Assembly (NCBI GenBank): GCA_964439295.1
Contig: CAYTOU010000001.1
Span: 1 to 51,635 of the forward strand
Length of the DNA stretch: 51,635 nt
Source: an uncultured Oscillospiraceae bacterium
GTDB lineage: Bacteria > Bacillota > Clostridia > Christensenellales > Aristaeellaceae
Reading direction: 5' to 3'
Made by a program: the position numbers and the translations under genes. Below, piece after piece: positions 18,509 to 27,643 of this stretch (position 1 is the stretch's first letter; the number at the start of each line of letters is the position of its first letter). Below the pieces are notes generated by a model. That model saw nothing but the letters and a program-made list of their open reading frames with translations, did not search any database and was not told where the DNA came from.

Positions 18509-19258
18509 TTATAGTTGGGTCGCAGGCTCATTCTTGAGTTCGCTTATGAGCGCATCTACCGCCGTGAGCTGCTCTTTATCGCCCGATACCGCAAGCCATA
18601 CGCAGCCTTCCGCGCCCAACGCGCCGCCCGCCGCGAGAAGCGTCGCCTGCGCGTTTGTCAGCGTGCGTATCGCGTCCAGCTCGGTATACGTGCGCCCGGG
18701 CAGCGGACACATGCGTGTGCCTTCGCAATCGGATGCATTTGCAATCGCGCACAAATCCGATATGGGCATATCGACGCGCTTTTCAAGCCCCACGGGCACC
18801 ACTATATTTACCCTGCGCCCGATTGACGCGGTTATTATGGGTATCACGGTGCCGCCCTGCGGATTGCCTATCAGCACGCCCGCCTCGCCCGTGGGCATAT
18901 GCAGCGCGTTTGCGCCCTTCATTATGATGTCGCCCGCGCCCAGTTCGGGAGCGATCGCGAACACATCGCGGTCGGTATAGACCTTGCCGTGATCTATAAG
19001 CATATCGTAGCCGCACGAAGACGCCTGCATATGCGTGCCGGCGGGCACGGTCACGCCGCGCCTGAAGCCGCGCTTATCAAACGGGCGATTGTCGTTTAGC
19101 GCGCGCAAAGCTTCCTGGGCCACATAGCCGTTTGTCGAGCCGCCAACAATGAGCAGCTTATGATCGCGCATGGCGCATTTTACCTGCTCATCGGCCATCA
19201 GTCCGCGCGCAATCAGGCGCTTGCCCATCGCAACGGTCAGCATTATTTCCCGCGTCAT
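18509..19258 (-). CDS. Conserved hypothetical protein, possibly LUD-domain-like
   Basis: 249-aa ORF with coding-like composition. The segments LLIVGGSTNGY and GANALHMPTGEAGVLIGNPQGG...NIVVPVGLEKRV resemble LUD/YkgG-type proteins. The function call is weak. Confidence 0.45.
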   Translation of the reverse strand: MTREIMLTVAMGKRLIARGLMADEQVKCAMRDHKLLIVGGSTNGYVAQEALRALNDNRPFDKRGFRRGVTVPAGTHMQASSCGYDMLIDHGKVYTDRDVFAIAPELGAGDIIMKGANALHMPTGEAGVLIGNPQGGTVIPIITASIGRRVNIVVPVGLEKRVDMPISDLCAIANASDCEGTRMCPLPGRTYTELDAIRTLTNAQATLLAAGGALGAEGCVWLAVSGDKEQLTAVDALISELKNEPATQL

Positions 19259-19279
19259 GCTTCTTTTCCCCCGTTTTGA

Positions 19280-20836
19280 TTATTCAAGTCCCACGGTCTT
19301 TAGGAAGCGCTTGAGTCCGGCGCGACCCGCTTCGTCCTGCTTATACACGCCGGCGTCCTTAAGCACGCATGCGCATACGCTTGCCAGCTCGGCGCGCATT
19401 ACATCGGCGGCCTTCTCTTCGCTAAGACCGGTGCCGTTGCGCTTTACGACATCCTGCATCCAGTCAAAGTGCTTGTAAAGCGGCGAACTCTCGTCCGGGC
19501 ACTCCAGCTTGAGCGCGCCGGTCAGGTAGCCTTCGCAATCCTTTAGCTCGGTCTTAAGGCGTCCGGGCAGTATGAACAGTCCCATTACCTCGATAAGGCC
19601 TATGTTCTCGCGCTTGATGTGATGCAGCTGCGCATGCGGATGGAATATGCCCAGCGGATTCTCATCATCGGTGCGGTTGTTGCGCAGAACCAGCAGCAGG
19701 CGGTATTCATCGCCATACTTATGCATGATGGGCGTGATGGTATTATGGGGCGCATTGGTATTGGCGAATATGCCAAGTTCGGGATCGGAGTATGCGCGCC
19801 AGGCGTTCAGCATCTCTTCGGCCTTATCTATCAGCTGCTTGCGGTTCTTAGACGACAGCGATATCGTGGGCATGGGCCAGTCGACCACATGCGCCTTAAT
19901 GCCTTCTTCGGCCTTAAGCTCAAACTCGACACCCGCGCGATCCATGGGCATTACGTAATTGCCGCCCTGGAAGTGGTCATGGTTGAGTATGGAGCCGCCC
20001 ACTATGGGCAGGTCGGCATTGGAGCCCAGGAAGTAATGCGGGAACTGGTCGACAAAGTCGGCAAGACGCTCGAACGAGCCCCTGTCTATCTTCATGGGTC
20101 TATGCTCGCCGCACAGCACGATGCAGTGCTCTTCGTAATACTTGTAGGGCGAATACTGCATGTACCACTGCTCGCCGTTAAGCGTCAGGGGCACCATGCG
20201 GTGATTCTGACGTGCCGGGAAGTTGGCGCGTCCCGCATAACCGGGGTTCTCCGTGCACAGCATGCAGCGCGGATAGCCAACCGACGGCGCGTTCTTGAGC
20301 TTGGCAATTTCCTTGGGATCCTTTTCGGGCTTGGAGAGGTTTATGGTTATCTCCAGCTCGCCCACGGGAGAATCGGCAAAGTAGCGTATGTTCTTATTGA
20401 CGCGGTCGACCTGGATGTAATTGCAGTCGCAGCACATCTTGTAGAACCAGTCGGTCGCGGCTTTCGCCCCAGCGGCATTGTACTTATCCGAAAAGAGCAT
20501 GCGAGTCTCTGCCGGTGAAGGCGTTACAAAGCCCATAACGCGCGTTTCGAACAGGTCGCGCGACGTGTTGTCATCGTCCACCTGACCCTTGGCACAGGCA
20601 TAATCGGTAATGGGCGCAAGTATGCCCGTGGCAGTAGCGGGTATCGTATCCATTTCGACCTGCCCGTCAAACGGACTGTCGCATCCTATTAGGTCAATAA
20701 GTCCATTGCGCGCATACGCACAGTCGTACTCGCAAATCAGCCCCTTCGCCTTCGCGAATATAACCAGCTTTTCAATCGCCTCAAGCGCGCCGCGCTTAAG
20801 AGAAGCAAGCTTAATGTCATCGGTTTCGACAGACAT
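19280..20836 (-). CDS. galT: UDP-glucose--hexose-1-phosphate uridylyltransferase (GalT, long Firmicutes type)
   Basis: HDHFQGG motif and ~518 aa. Start moved to the ATG at 20836 (GGGGG 8-9 nt upstream). Confidence 0.9.
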   Translation of the reverse strand: MSVETDDIKLASLKRGALEAIEKLVIFAKAKGLICEYDCAYARNGLIDLIGCDSPFDGQVEMDTIPATATGILAPITDYACAKGQVDDDNTSRDLFETRVMGFVTPSPAETRMLFSDKYNAAGAKAATDWFYKMCCDCNYIQVDRVNKNIRYFADSPVGELEITINLSKPEKDPKEIAKLKNAPSVGYPRCMLCTENPGYAGRANFPARQNHRMVPLTLNGEQWYMQYSPYKYYEEHCIVLCGEHRPMKIDRGSFERLADFVDQFPHYFLGSNADLPIVGGSILNHDHFQGGNYVMPMDRAGVEFELKAEEGIKAHVVDWPMPTISLSSKNRKQLIDKAEEMLNAWRAYSDPELGIFANTNAPHNTITPIMHKYGDEYRLLLVLRNNRTDDENPLGIFHPHAQLHHIKRENIGLIEVMGLFILPGRLKTELKDCEGYLTGALKLECPDESSPLYKHFDWMQDVVKRNGTGLSEEKAADVMRAELASVCACVLKDAGVYKQDEAGRAGLKRFLKTVGLE

Positions 20837-20947
20837 ACCCCAGTCCCCCTTATGATTTGCATTTTGCACACACAACTATACAACGTTTCGGGCGCAAAAG
20901 CTATCAATTTAATGAAAATATTTGTTTACGTACATAATTAAAGGAGG

Positions 20948-20973
20948 CTGCCGCACCTCTTAAGTTGCGGCAG
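20948..20973 (-). terminator. 8-bp hairpin after the esterase gene (weak U-tract)
   Basis: CTGCCGCA / TGCGGCAG with a 10-nt loop. On the minus strand it is followed by CCUCCUUUAAUU. Confidence 0.35.
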
Positions 20974-20993
20974 TCCCCGGATTTACGGTCAAA

Positions 20994-22067
20994 TCAGAAC
21001 GGTGATGAGCTTTCGGCGGGGTGATACACGTCCTGCATGAAAGAATCCGCCAGCGGCAGCCAGAGCTCGAAGTTGGGATACTTCACTTCCCCATCGATCA
21101 GCTTAATGCCCGCCTTGCCGTGCGGCGTGCCCGCGAATGTATGCACCTCGACATCCACGCCGTGCGCGATAAGGTCATAGTATGTGGGATGCAGGTTATC
21201 CATTGCGCTGTCCTTGCGTCCCACGGCGAAGAACGTGGGCGGATATACTACGCCGGTATAGTCGAAGTCGGCATCGGCAAAGCGCGGACCGTACACACAC
21301 AGGAAGGCGTCGGGCGCGCCGTAGTATTCATCCAGATAGTCGGGCTCATAGTCCGGGAAATGATCTTTCACATTTTGCGTGCCCGAGTAGTAGCGTATGC
21401 ACGCCTCGCCGGTCACACCGCCGTTTGAGAAGCCCGCAAACGCGACGTTCTTTTTATCAATGCGGTAGTCCGCCGCGCGCGAGCGTATGTAGCGCAGCGC
21501 CCTTGCCGCGTCCACGCCGCATTCCTGCGCCGACCACGGGTTATGGTTGGGGCGGTTGTTGAGCAGGAATGCCTGATAGCCCATCGCGTTCATGTCCAGG
21601 CATACCTGATACCCTTCGTACAGCGTGCATGAACCGTGATCGCCGCCCGCGCAGACCAGCACCGCGCCTTTAGGCGTAATGTCATCGGGCAGGAGCACTT
21701 CGTACATATACGGCTTAAAGTCCGGGTCGTGATTATAGGTGTAGTCGCTGTTATCGGTATAGTTGGTTAGCGTTGGGATTTTGCCTTCGGGCCAGAGGTA
21801 TATACGCGCGGGCGCATCGGGCTTTTTCTTTATGCTGTCGCGCTTTACGGCGAAGGCGGCGATAAGTTCCTTTCGGCGCGCGGCATCGCGGCAGAACTGT
21901 ATCTCGTTGCCCAGGCGTGACAGCTCGACCAGCTCATTTAGCGGATAGCAAGGCGCGTCCTCATACATCGTAATCGCCGGATGCTCGGTTGCGCCAAATA
22001 CGGCCTTGACCTCGCGCATAGCCTCCCTTATGTGTGCAAAGCGATCGTCTACGGGATTGTTCGGCAT
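20994..22067 (-). CDS. Alpha/beta hydrolase (esterase/lipase-like)
   Basis: 357 aa with the nucleophile-elbow motif GFSNGG. Substrate unknown. Confidence 0.75.
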   Translation of the reverse strand: MPNNPVDDRFAHIREAMREVKAVFGATEHPAITMYEDAPCYPLNELVELSRLGNEIQFCRDAARRKELIAAFAVKRDSIKKKPDAPARIYLWPEGKIPTLTNYTDNSDYTYNHDPDFKPYMYEVLLPDDITPKGAVLVCAGGDHGSCTLYEGYQVCLDMNAMGYQAFLLNNRPNHNPWSAQECGVDAARALRYIRSRAADYRIDKKNVAFAGFSNGGVTGEACIRYYSGTQNVKDHFPDYEPDYLDEYYGAPDAFLCVYGPRFADADFDYTGVVYPPTFFAVGRKDSAMDNLHPTYYDLIAHGVDVEVHTFAGTPHGKAGIKLIDGEVKYPNFELWLPLADSFMQDVYHPAESSSPF

Positions 22068-22152
22068 GGTTTTTTACCTCCTTGATTTAATTTAAGTGCA
22101 ATCGGGTTCTTTACGGAAATAAGTCTTACATTAATCATAACACAAATCGGGA

Positions 22153-22220
22153 CAAAAAAGGAGCATATATGACTTTTTTCCGCGGAAATTTCTTTCCGCA
22201 GTTTAAGTCATATATGCTCC
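22153..22220 (-). terminator. Strong composite intrinsic terminator (16-bp perfect stem plus 7-bp inner stem, U-tract)
   Basis: GGAGCATATATGACTT (22160-22175) pairs with AAGTCATATATGCTCC (22205-22220). The 29-nt spacer contains GCGGAAA/TTTCCGC. On the minus strand it is followed by UUUUUUG (22153-22159). Confidence 0.75.
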
Positions 22221-22237
22221 GTAAACAATCGCATGAA

Positions 22238-22726
22238 TCAGGTGGTCGCTATCTGGGACGTAACGGTGTACTTGCGCCCGAATATGTAATACTCCACCTC
22301 GACCTGGCGCGCCGCCGTAGGATCGGCCGCACTCGTCACCAGTACCGCCTGGAACACTGTCTTGCCCATCGCGCGCGCCGTGCCCGAATCCTGGCGAATC
22401 TGCAGTAGGTCGCCGTCAATCGGGTTTACCCTAATCTGCAGCCACTCGGCGGGCAGATAGCACCAGTTGCTCACCTCGATGGTCAGATACACCATGTTGT
22501 ACTGGGACACATCGCCGGGCTCGTCGGATGTGTAGCATGTCACGCTGGCGGTGTTGTTTTCCTTTGCCCACGTGGTCGCCATTGTAAACGCCTCGTACTG
22601 GTTCGACGCCGGCTCCGACGTCGTGGACAGCACCGCAACGCCCACATCGGTCGTAAGCGCCGCATATCCCACTATAACAAGTACCAACGCCGTTATCACG
22701 GCCGTCACAATCGAAAAAGTACGCAT
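22238..22726 (-). CDS. Hypothetical membrane-anchored protein
   Basis: 162 aa with one N-terminal TM helix (FSIVTAVITALVLVIVGYAAL) followed by a ~130-aa domain with no motif I recognise. Last gene before the strong terminator. Confidence 0.55.
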   Translation of the reverse strand: MRTFSIVTAVITALVLVIVGYAALTTDVGVAVLSTTSEPASNQYEAFTMATTWAKENNTASVTCYTSDEPGDVSQYNMVYLTIEVSNWCYLPAEWLQIRVNPIDGDLLQIRQDSGTARAMGKTVFQAVLVTSAADPTAARQVEVEYYIFGRKYTVTSQIATT

Positions 22727-22912
22727 TGTTTCCCCTCACAAACGCAGTAATGCCATCTATATATGTTTGACGTAACGAGCGGTCAAAAAGTTGTCGCTCC
22801 AAAGGTATTTTCGCGTCACTCCCATATAGTTTTATTATATACATTTTTGAGTGCGCGCGCCACTATATCGAGCAATATTTACATTTGCGCGGCAAAAATT
22901 TCGCGTTTGAGT

Positions 22913-23407
22913 TCACATGCCGGGCACGAGTGCGATTTCGCCGGTCGCGCGCGTCTTAACCATGTCTATGACGCGCTGGTTGCGCGAGCCGCGAAAGTGC
23001 AATTCAAGCGAGCGCTGGTTAAGTATAAACGGTCCGTCCACGAGCACGTCTATATCATTTAGCAGCCCCTGCGCATCCGGACGCTTAAGCAGCTGCTCAT
23101 ACAGAAAGCCCGTAAAGCACCACACGTTAAGTCCCCTATCGTGCGCGGCGCGGCTGAGCGCAAGGCATGCATCGCACTGCATGAAGGGTTCGCCGCCGGT
23201 AAGCGTTATGCCGTCCAGCAGCGGGTTATCGTCCATCATGGCAACTATGTCCGATGTATCGTACATCTTGCCGCCGTCCATCGCGTGCGAATCCGGGTTA
23301 TGGCAGCCCGGGCAGTCGTGGGGACACCCTTGCGTGAATATCGCCAGGCGGAAGCCCGGTCCGTCCACTATGGACTCGTCCTGTATGCCGTATATCCTTA
23401 TCTGCAT
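22913..23407 (-). CDS. nrdG: Anaerobic ribonucleoside-triphosphate reductase activating protein
   Basis: 164 aa with N-terminal VDGPGFRLAIFTQGCPHDCPGCHN (radical SAM cluster). Confidence 0.93.
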   Translation of the reverse strand: MQIRIYGIQDESIVDGPGFRLAIFTQGCPHDCPGCHNPDSHAMDGGKMYDTSDIVAMMDDNPLLDGITLTGGEPFMQCDACLALSRAAHDRGLNVWCFTGFLYEQLLKRPDAQGLLNDIDVLVDGPFILNQRSLELHFRGSRNQRVIDMVKTRATGEIALVPGM

Positions 23408-23428
23408 TGCGCCATCCCCCTAAGTGCC

Positions 23429-23475
23429 ATAAAAGCGGCACGGCATTCCGCACGCGTCGGAAGACCGCACCGCTT
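23429..23475 (-). terminator. Possible attenuator or partial terminator between the aminopeptidase gene and nrdG
   Basis: On the minus strand AAGCGGUGCGG / CCGUGCCGCUU form an 11-bp stem (two G-U pairs, this strand only) with a 21-nt loop, followed by UUAU. Confidence 0.35.
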
Positions 23476-23491
23476 AAGGCTATACAGTAAA

Positions 23492-24889
23492 TTACTTCTC
23501 GCTGAATACAGCCAGCATGCCCTTATAGCTCATGTAGTTATCGACCTTGGATATAATCTCATAGGGCGCATGCATGGACAGCACGGGCACGCCCGCATCG
23601 ATTGTATCGATGTTGCGCTGCGCGGTTATGTAGGCAATTGTTCCGCCGCCGCCCGCGTCTACCGCGCCCAGAGGCGCCATCTGCCACAGGACACCGTTGG
23701 AGTCAAACATATTGCGCACGCGCGCCACCAGCTCGGCGGAGGCATCGGACGAGCCGCTCTTGCCGCGGGCGCCGGTGTACTTGGCAACGCCCAGACCGTA
23801 GTTGAAGCGCGGCGTGTTATGCGGATCGAAGGGCTGCGGATAGTTGGGATCGTATGCCGCGGTCACGTCGTTGGACAGGCAGAAGGACTTTTCAAAGCAC
23901 TCGCGCAGCTTCATGTCGAAGCAGTCGCAAATGTCCTCGCACAGTGTATCAAACCACTGGCTGTGCATGCCGCTTACGCCGACGGAGCCTATCTCTTCCT
24001 TGTCGACCAGCAGGCACATGATGGTCTTGGTGGGGTTCTTGGTATCCAGCACGGCGCGCAGCGAATCGTATGCGCATACGCGGTCGTCATGACCGTACGC
24101 GGCGATCAGGCTGCGGTCAAAGCCCACATCGCGTGCCTTGAGTCCGGGTACCAGAGTCAGCTCGGCGGAGTGGAAGTCGGCCTCGGTCACGCCGTACATC
24201 TCGTTGATTATGCCCATAACCGCCAGCTTTACGCGGTCGGAGCCGTCATCGTCGGGATCGGGTATCGTGCCCACGATTGCGTTCATGCTCTCGGCGGGTA
24301 TGACCTCGCTTGCGCCCTTCTTCATCTGATCGCCCGCCAGATGCAGTATCAGGTCGTTGATTATGAATATCGGATCGTCCGGCTTATCGCCCACGCGCAC
24401 CTTGATTACGCGGCCGTCCTTGAGCGCGATTACGCCGTGCAGCTCCAGCGGCAGGTTGACCCACTGGTACTTCTTAATGCCGCCGTAGTAATGGGTCTTA
24501 AAGAGCGCAATGCCGTTGTCCTCATACAGAGGCGACATCTTAAGGTCAATGCGCGGGGAGTCGATATGCGCGCCGGATATGTTTATACCGTCATGCACAT
24601 CGTGCTCGCCTATTACCATAACGGCAATGGCCTTGCCGCGGTTGACCTGGTAAATGCGGTCGCCGGGCTTAAGGGCATCGCCGCGCTTGAAGGGCTTGAA
24701 GCCCGCGGCGCGCGCAGCCTCTACCGCGTAGTCAACGGCCTCGCGTTCGGTCTTGGCCGCGTCCATAAAGTACTTATAATCCTCGTTGAAATCATGGCAC
24801 GCCTTGAGTTCTTCCGCGCTCATGACTTCATATCCGCTCTTCTTTTCCTCAAGCAGAGCGCGGCGCGGGGACTTTGCCTTATCACTCAT
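23492..24889 (-). CDS. M18-family aminopeptidase
   Basis: Contains GAHIDSPRIDLK, and its length and composition fit M18. Start at the ATG at 24889 (AGGAGG, 8-nt spacer). Confidence 0.85.
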   Translation of the reverse strand: MSDKAKSPRRALLEEKKSGYEVMSAEELKACHDFNEDYKYFMDAAKTEREAVDYAVEAARAAGFKPFKRGDALKPGDRIYQVNRGKAIAVMVIGEHDVHDGINISGAHIDSPRIDLKMSPLYEDNGIALFKTHYYGGIKKYQWVNLPLELHGVIALKDGRVIKVRVGDKPDDPIFIINDLILHLAGDQMKKGASEVIPAESMNAIVGTIPDPDDDGSDRVKLAVMGIINEMYGVTEADFHSAELTLVPGLKARDVGFDRSLIAAYGHDDRVCAYDSLRAVLDTKNPTKTIMCLLVDKEEIGSVGVSGMHSQWFDTLCEDICDCFDMKLRECFEKSFCLSNDVTAAYDPNYPQPFDPHNTPRFNYGLGVAKYTGARGKSGSSDASAELVARVRNMFDSNGVLWQMAPLGAVDAGGGGTIAYITAQRNIDTIDAGVPVLSMHAPYEIISKVDNYMSYKGMLAVFSEK

Positions 24890-24926
24890 GTGAATATCCT
24901 CCTTGACAAAATACGGTAAGCGGCAC

Positions 24927-27242
24927 TTACACCCCATGCTTCACGCGGTCGCGCTCCTCGGCGCGCTTGGCATCGTTGAAGCGATCCAGCGTACCCACCA
25001 GATAGCCGGTTATGCGCCTTATGCGCTCGAACGACGTGTTCTCTTCACTGCGTCCGCAGCAGGGGCATGTGTCACCTATAATGCCATTATACCCGCATAC
25101 GGGGTCGCGGTCAACCGGGTGATTGATTGAGCCGTAGCCAATGCCCGCATCGTGCATGACGCGCACTATCTTTTCAAAGGCTTCCAGGTTCTGAAGCGGG
25201 TCGCCATCCAGCTCGACATATGTTATATGACCCGCATTGGTCAATTCGTGATACGGCGCCTCCAGACGTATCTTCTTTACCGCGCCTATCGGATAGTATA
25301 CCGGTATGTGGAACGAGTTGGTATAGTATTCGCGGTCGGTCACGCCCTCGATTGAGCCGTAGCGCTCGCGGTCCATGCGCACGAAGCGTCCGGACAAACC
25401 TTCCGCCGGCGTCGCGAGCAGTGTATAGTTCATGCCGGTCTTTTTGCTTTCGTCATCCATGCGCTTGCGCATATGACCGATTATCTTAAGACCCAGCTGC
25501 TGCGACTCGGCGCTTTCGCCGTGATGCGCGCCCGTTAGGCACTTGAGCGCCTCGGCAAGGCCTATAAAGCCCATGGACAGCGTGCCGTGCTTGAGCACCT
25601 CGCGCACCTCGTCGTCCCACTTGAGCTTTTCGCTGTCCAGCCACACGCCCTGCCCCATCAGGAAGGGGTAGTTGTATACGTGCTTGCGCGCCTGTATCTC
25701 AAAGCGCTCGTTGAGCTGGGCTATTACAAGGTCGATCTTGCTGTCCAAGTCCTTAAAGAAGGCGTCAACATCGTGATGCGCGTTTATCGCAATGCGCGGC
25801 AGGTTAATCGATGTAAACGACAGATTGCCGCGCCCGTTGGATATTTCGCGCGAAGGATCATATACATTGCCTATTACGCGTGTGCGGCAGCCCATGTAGG
25901 CGATTTCGGTTTCGGGATGACCCGGCTTATAGTACTTGAGGTTGAACGGCGCGTCCTGGAACGAGAAGTTCGGGAACAGGCGCTTTGCCGATACCTTGCA
26001 CGCCAGCTTAAACAGGTCGTAGTTGGGTTCGCCCGGGTTATAGTTAATGCCATCCTTCACGCGGAAAATCTGTATCGGGAATATGGGCGTTTCGCCGTGA
26101 CCCAGGCCCGCATCGGTCGCGAGTAGCAGATTCTTTATGACCATGCGCGCCTCGGGCGATGTATCCATGCCGTAGTTGAGCGACGAGAACGGAGTCTGAG
26201 CGCCCGCGCGCGAATGCATGGTGTTGAGGTTATGTATAAGCGCCTCCATCGCCTGGTATGTGCGCTTGTCGGTCTCCTTCCATGCGCGCTTGCACACGTA
26301 CGCCAGCACGCGATCCGCGTCTTCTTCGGGTATGCCCATCCCGATTACGCGCTCGCGCACAACGCTTTCGTACTTGGGGCAGCTTTCCAGCTTGGGCAGC
26401 ATGCCGTATTCGCGCTCGATATCGTCTATCATCGCGCGCACTTCATCGTTTGCGTCTTCAATGGGAGTCATGAGCTCCAACGCGCGTATCAGGTTATCGC
26501 GATAGCACTTGACGTATGTCTTGGCAACGCCGGGCGCCATGCCGTAGTCGAAGTTGACTATGGACTGACCGCCGTGCTGATCGTTCTGGTTGGACTGTAT
26601 AGCTATGCATGCCAATGCAGAATAACTGTATATATCCTGCGGCTCGCGCAGCACGCCGTGACCGGTCGAAAAGCCGCCCTTGAGCATCTTGATCAGGTCG
26701 ATCTGGGTGCACGTGGTGGTCAGGGTCAAAAAATCCATATCGTGTATATGGATGTCGCCCTCCATATGCGCCTTGGCATGTTCGGGGTTCAATACGAACA
26801 TCTCGTTGAATTGTTTTGCGCCCTCACTGCCGTACTTGAGCATTGTGCCCATGGCGGTGTCGCCGTCTATATTGGCGTTTTCGCGCTTGATATCGCTGTC
26901 CTTGGCCTTGGAGAATGTGATGTCCTCGTACACCTTCATAAGGCGCGAATCCATCTGACGCACGCGCGTGCGCTCGGCTCTGTAGAGTATGTACGCCTTG
27001 GCGGTTGCGCTGTAGCCGCACTCGATGAGCACGTTCTCGACGGCGTCCTGAATCTCCTCGATGGAGGGCGCGTCGGTGCCGCTCGCCTCCAGCTTCTGCA
27101 CCACTTTTTCGGCTAATTGTCGGCAGCTTTCCGCGTCATACTTGTCGCCCGATGCCTTGAATGCGCGACCCATCGCGCCGGTAATCTTGTTTATGTCAAA
27201 GGGTACCATGCGCCCGTCGCGCTTGCGTATATTGCTGAACAT
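24927..27242 (-). CDS. nrdD: Anaerobic ribonucleoside-triphosphate reductase (class III)
   Basis: N-terminal ATP-cone (IRKRDGRMVPFDINKI). C-terminal Zn site CPCCG. Glycyl-radical motif RRITGYL. Start at the ATG at 27242 (GGAGG, 9-nt spacer). The 60-codon ORF extension upstream covers the leader and promoter. Confidence 0.96.
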   Translation of the reverse strand: MFSNIRKRDGRMVPFDINKITGAMGRAFKASGDKYDAESCRQLAEKVVQKLEASGTDAPSIEEIQDAVENVLIECGYSATAKAYILYRAERTRVRQMDSRLMKVYEDITFSKAKDSDIKRENANIDGDTAMGTMLKYGSEGAKQFNEMFVLNPEHAKAHMEGDIHIHDMDFLTLTTTCTQIDLIKMLKGGFSTGHGVLREPQDIYSYSALACIAIQSNQNDQHGGQSIVNFDYGMAPGVAKTYVKCYRDNLIRALELMTPIEDANDEVRAMIDDIEREYGMLPKLESCPKYESVVRERVIGMGIPEEDADRVLAYVCKRAWKETDKRTYQAMEALIHNLNTMHSRAGAQTPFSSLNYGMDTSPEARMVIKNLLLATDAGLGHGETPIFPIQIFRVKDGINYNPGEPNYDLFKLACKVSAKRLFPNFSFQDAPFNLKYYKPGHPETEIAYMGCRTRVIGNVYDPSREISNGRGNLSFTSINLPRIAINAHHDVDAFFKDLDSKIDLVIAQLNERFEIQARKHVYNYPFLMGQGVWLDSEKLKWDDEVREVLKHGTLSMGFIGLAEALKCLTGAHHGESAESQQLGLKIIGHMRKRMDDESKKTGMNYTLLATPAEGLSGRFVRMDRERYGSIEGVTDREYYTNSFHIPVYYPIGAVKKIRLEAPYHELTNAGHITYVELDGDPLQNLEAFEKIVRVMHDAGIGYGSINHPVDRDPVCGYNGIIGDTCPCCGRSEENTSFERIRRITGYLVGTLDRFNDAKRAEERDRVKHGV

Positions 27243-27390
27243 TCCTAATCGCCTCCGCAAAATTACGCTTTTTTGCCTATTTAGGGCATACCATGCCCCA
27301 CTTTGCGCATTTGAAGCGCATAAAAACGCGGCTACCGACATCTGTCGGTGTCGCAGTAAAAACTTTGACCGCTCTTTTGACAGCGGCTCG
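27243..27390 (-). promoter_or_regulatory. ~150-nt structured 5' leader of nrdD
   Basis: Four small hairpins read directly: 27369-27386, 27334-27349, 27304-27320 and 27284-27298 (GGGCAT-ACC-ATGCCC). No riboswitch class recognised. Confidence 0.3.
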
Positions 27391-27398
27391 ATGTGACT

Positions 27399-27427
27399 AT
27401 TATATTTCCTGAGAGCCGCCATGTCAA
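27399..27427 (-). promoter_or_regulatory. Consensus sigma-A promoter of nrdD
   Basis: On the minus strand: TTGACA (27422-27427), 17-nt spacer, TATAAT (27399-27404). Both hexamers match the consensus exactly. Confidence 0.65.
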
Positions 27428-27550
27428 TTGAGCGGGAAGAGATTTGACATTATGTTCGGTCTTGACTTTTGGCTTAAACTGTGCTTGGCAAACGCTCGCC
27501 AAAAACAGTTTTGTGCCGCCGGTATATCATGCATGGATAATGAAGGCGCG

Positions 27551-27592
27551 ATAAAAATTTGTCCGCAGTCGGCGTTTTCTGCCGCTGCGGAC
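27551..27592 (-). terminator. Intrinsic terminator after the MATE gene
   Basis: GTCCGCAG(T)CGGC / GCCGCUGCGGAC form a 12-bp stem with one bulge. On the minus strand it is followed by AAAUUUUUAU. Confidence 0.7.
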
Positions 27593-27643
27593 TAAAGGCA
27601 AAGCCATTTGCGAAACGAATATACAATGCAAATACGGTATATT

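Noticed and set aside
22169-22408. 79-aa plus-strand ORF starting inside the 16-bp hairpin
   Set aside because: It begins within the terminator stem and runs antisense into the 3' end of the 162-aa gene. It has no RBS.
23141-24919. 592-aa ORF antisense to the aminopeptidase and nrdG genes
   Set aside because: It has Ala/Arg/Val/His-rich low-information composition and spans two well-supported genes on the other strand. It is a GC-driven open frame, not a gene. The same reasoning applies to 9989-10792, 26214-27116, 30154-31281, 44537-45481, 46563-47264, 48246-49205 and the other nested track ORFs.
27243-27560. NrdR boxes or a cobalamin riboswitch upstream of nrdD
   Set aside because: There is no convincing match to the 16-bp NrdR palindrome (acaCwAtATaTwGtgt). 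The best candidate near the -10 matches only one half. There is no B12-box-like element, and the leader is too short for a cobalamin riboswitch.
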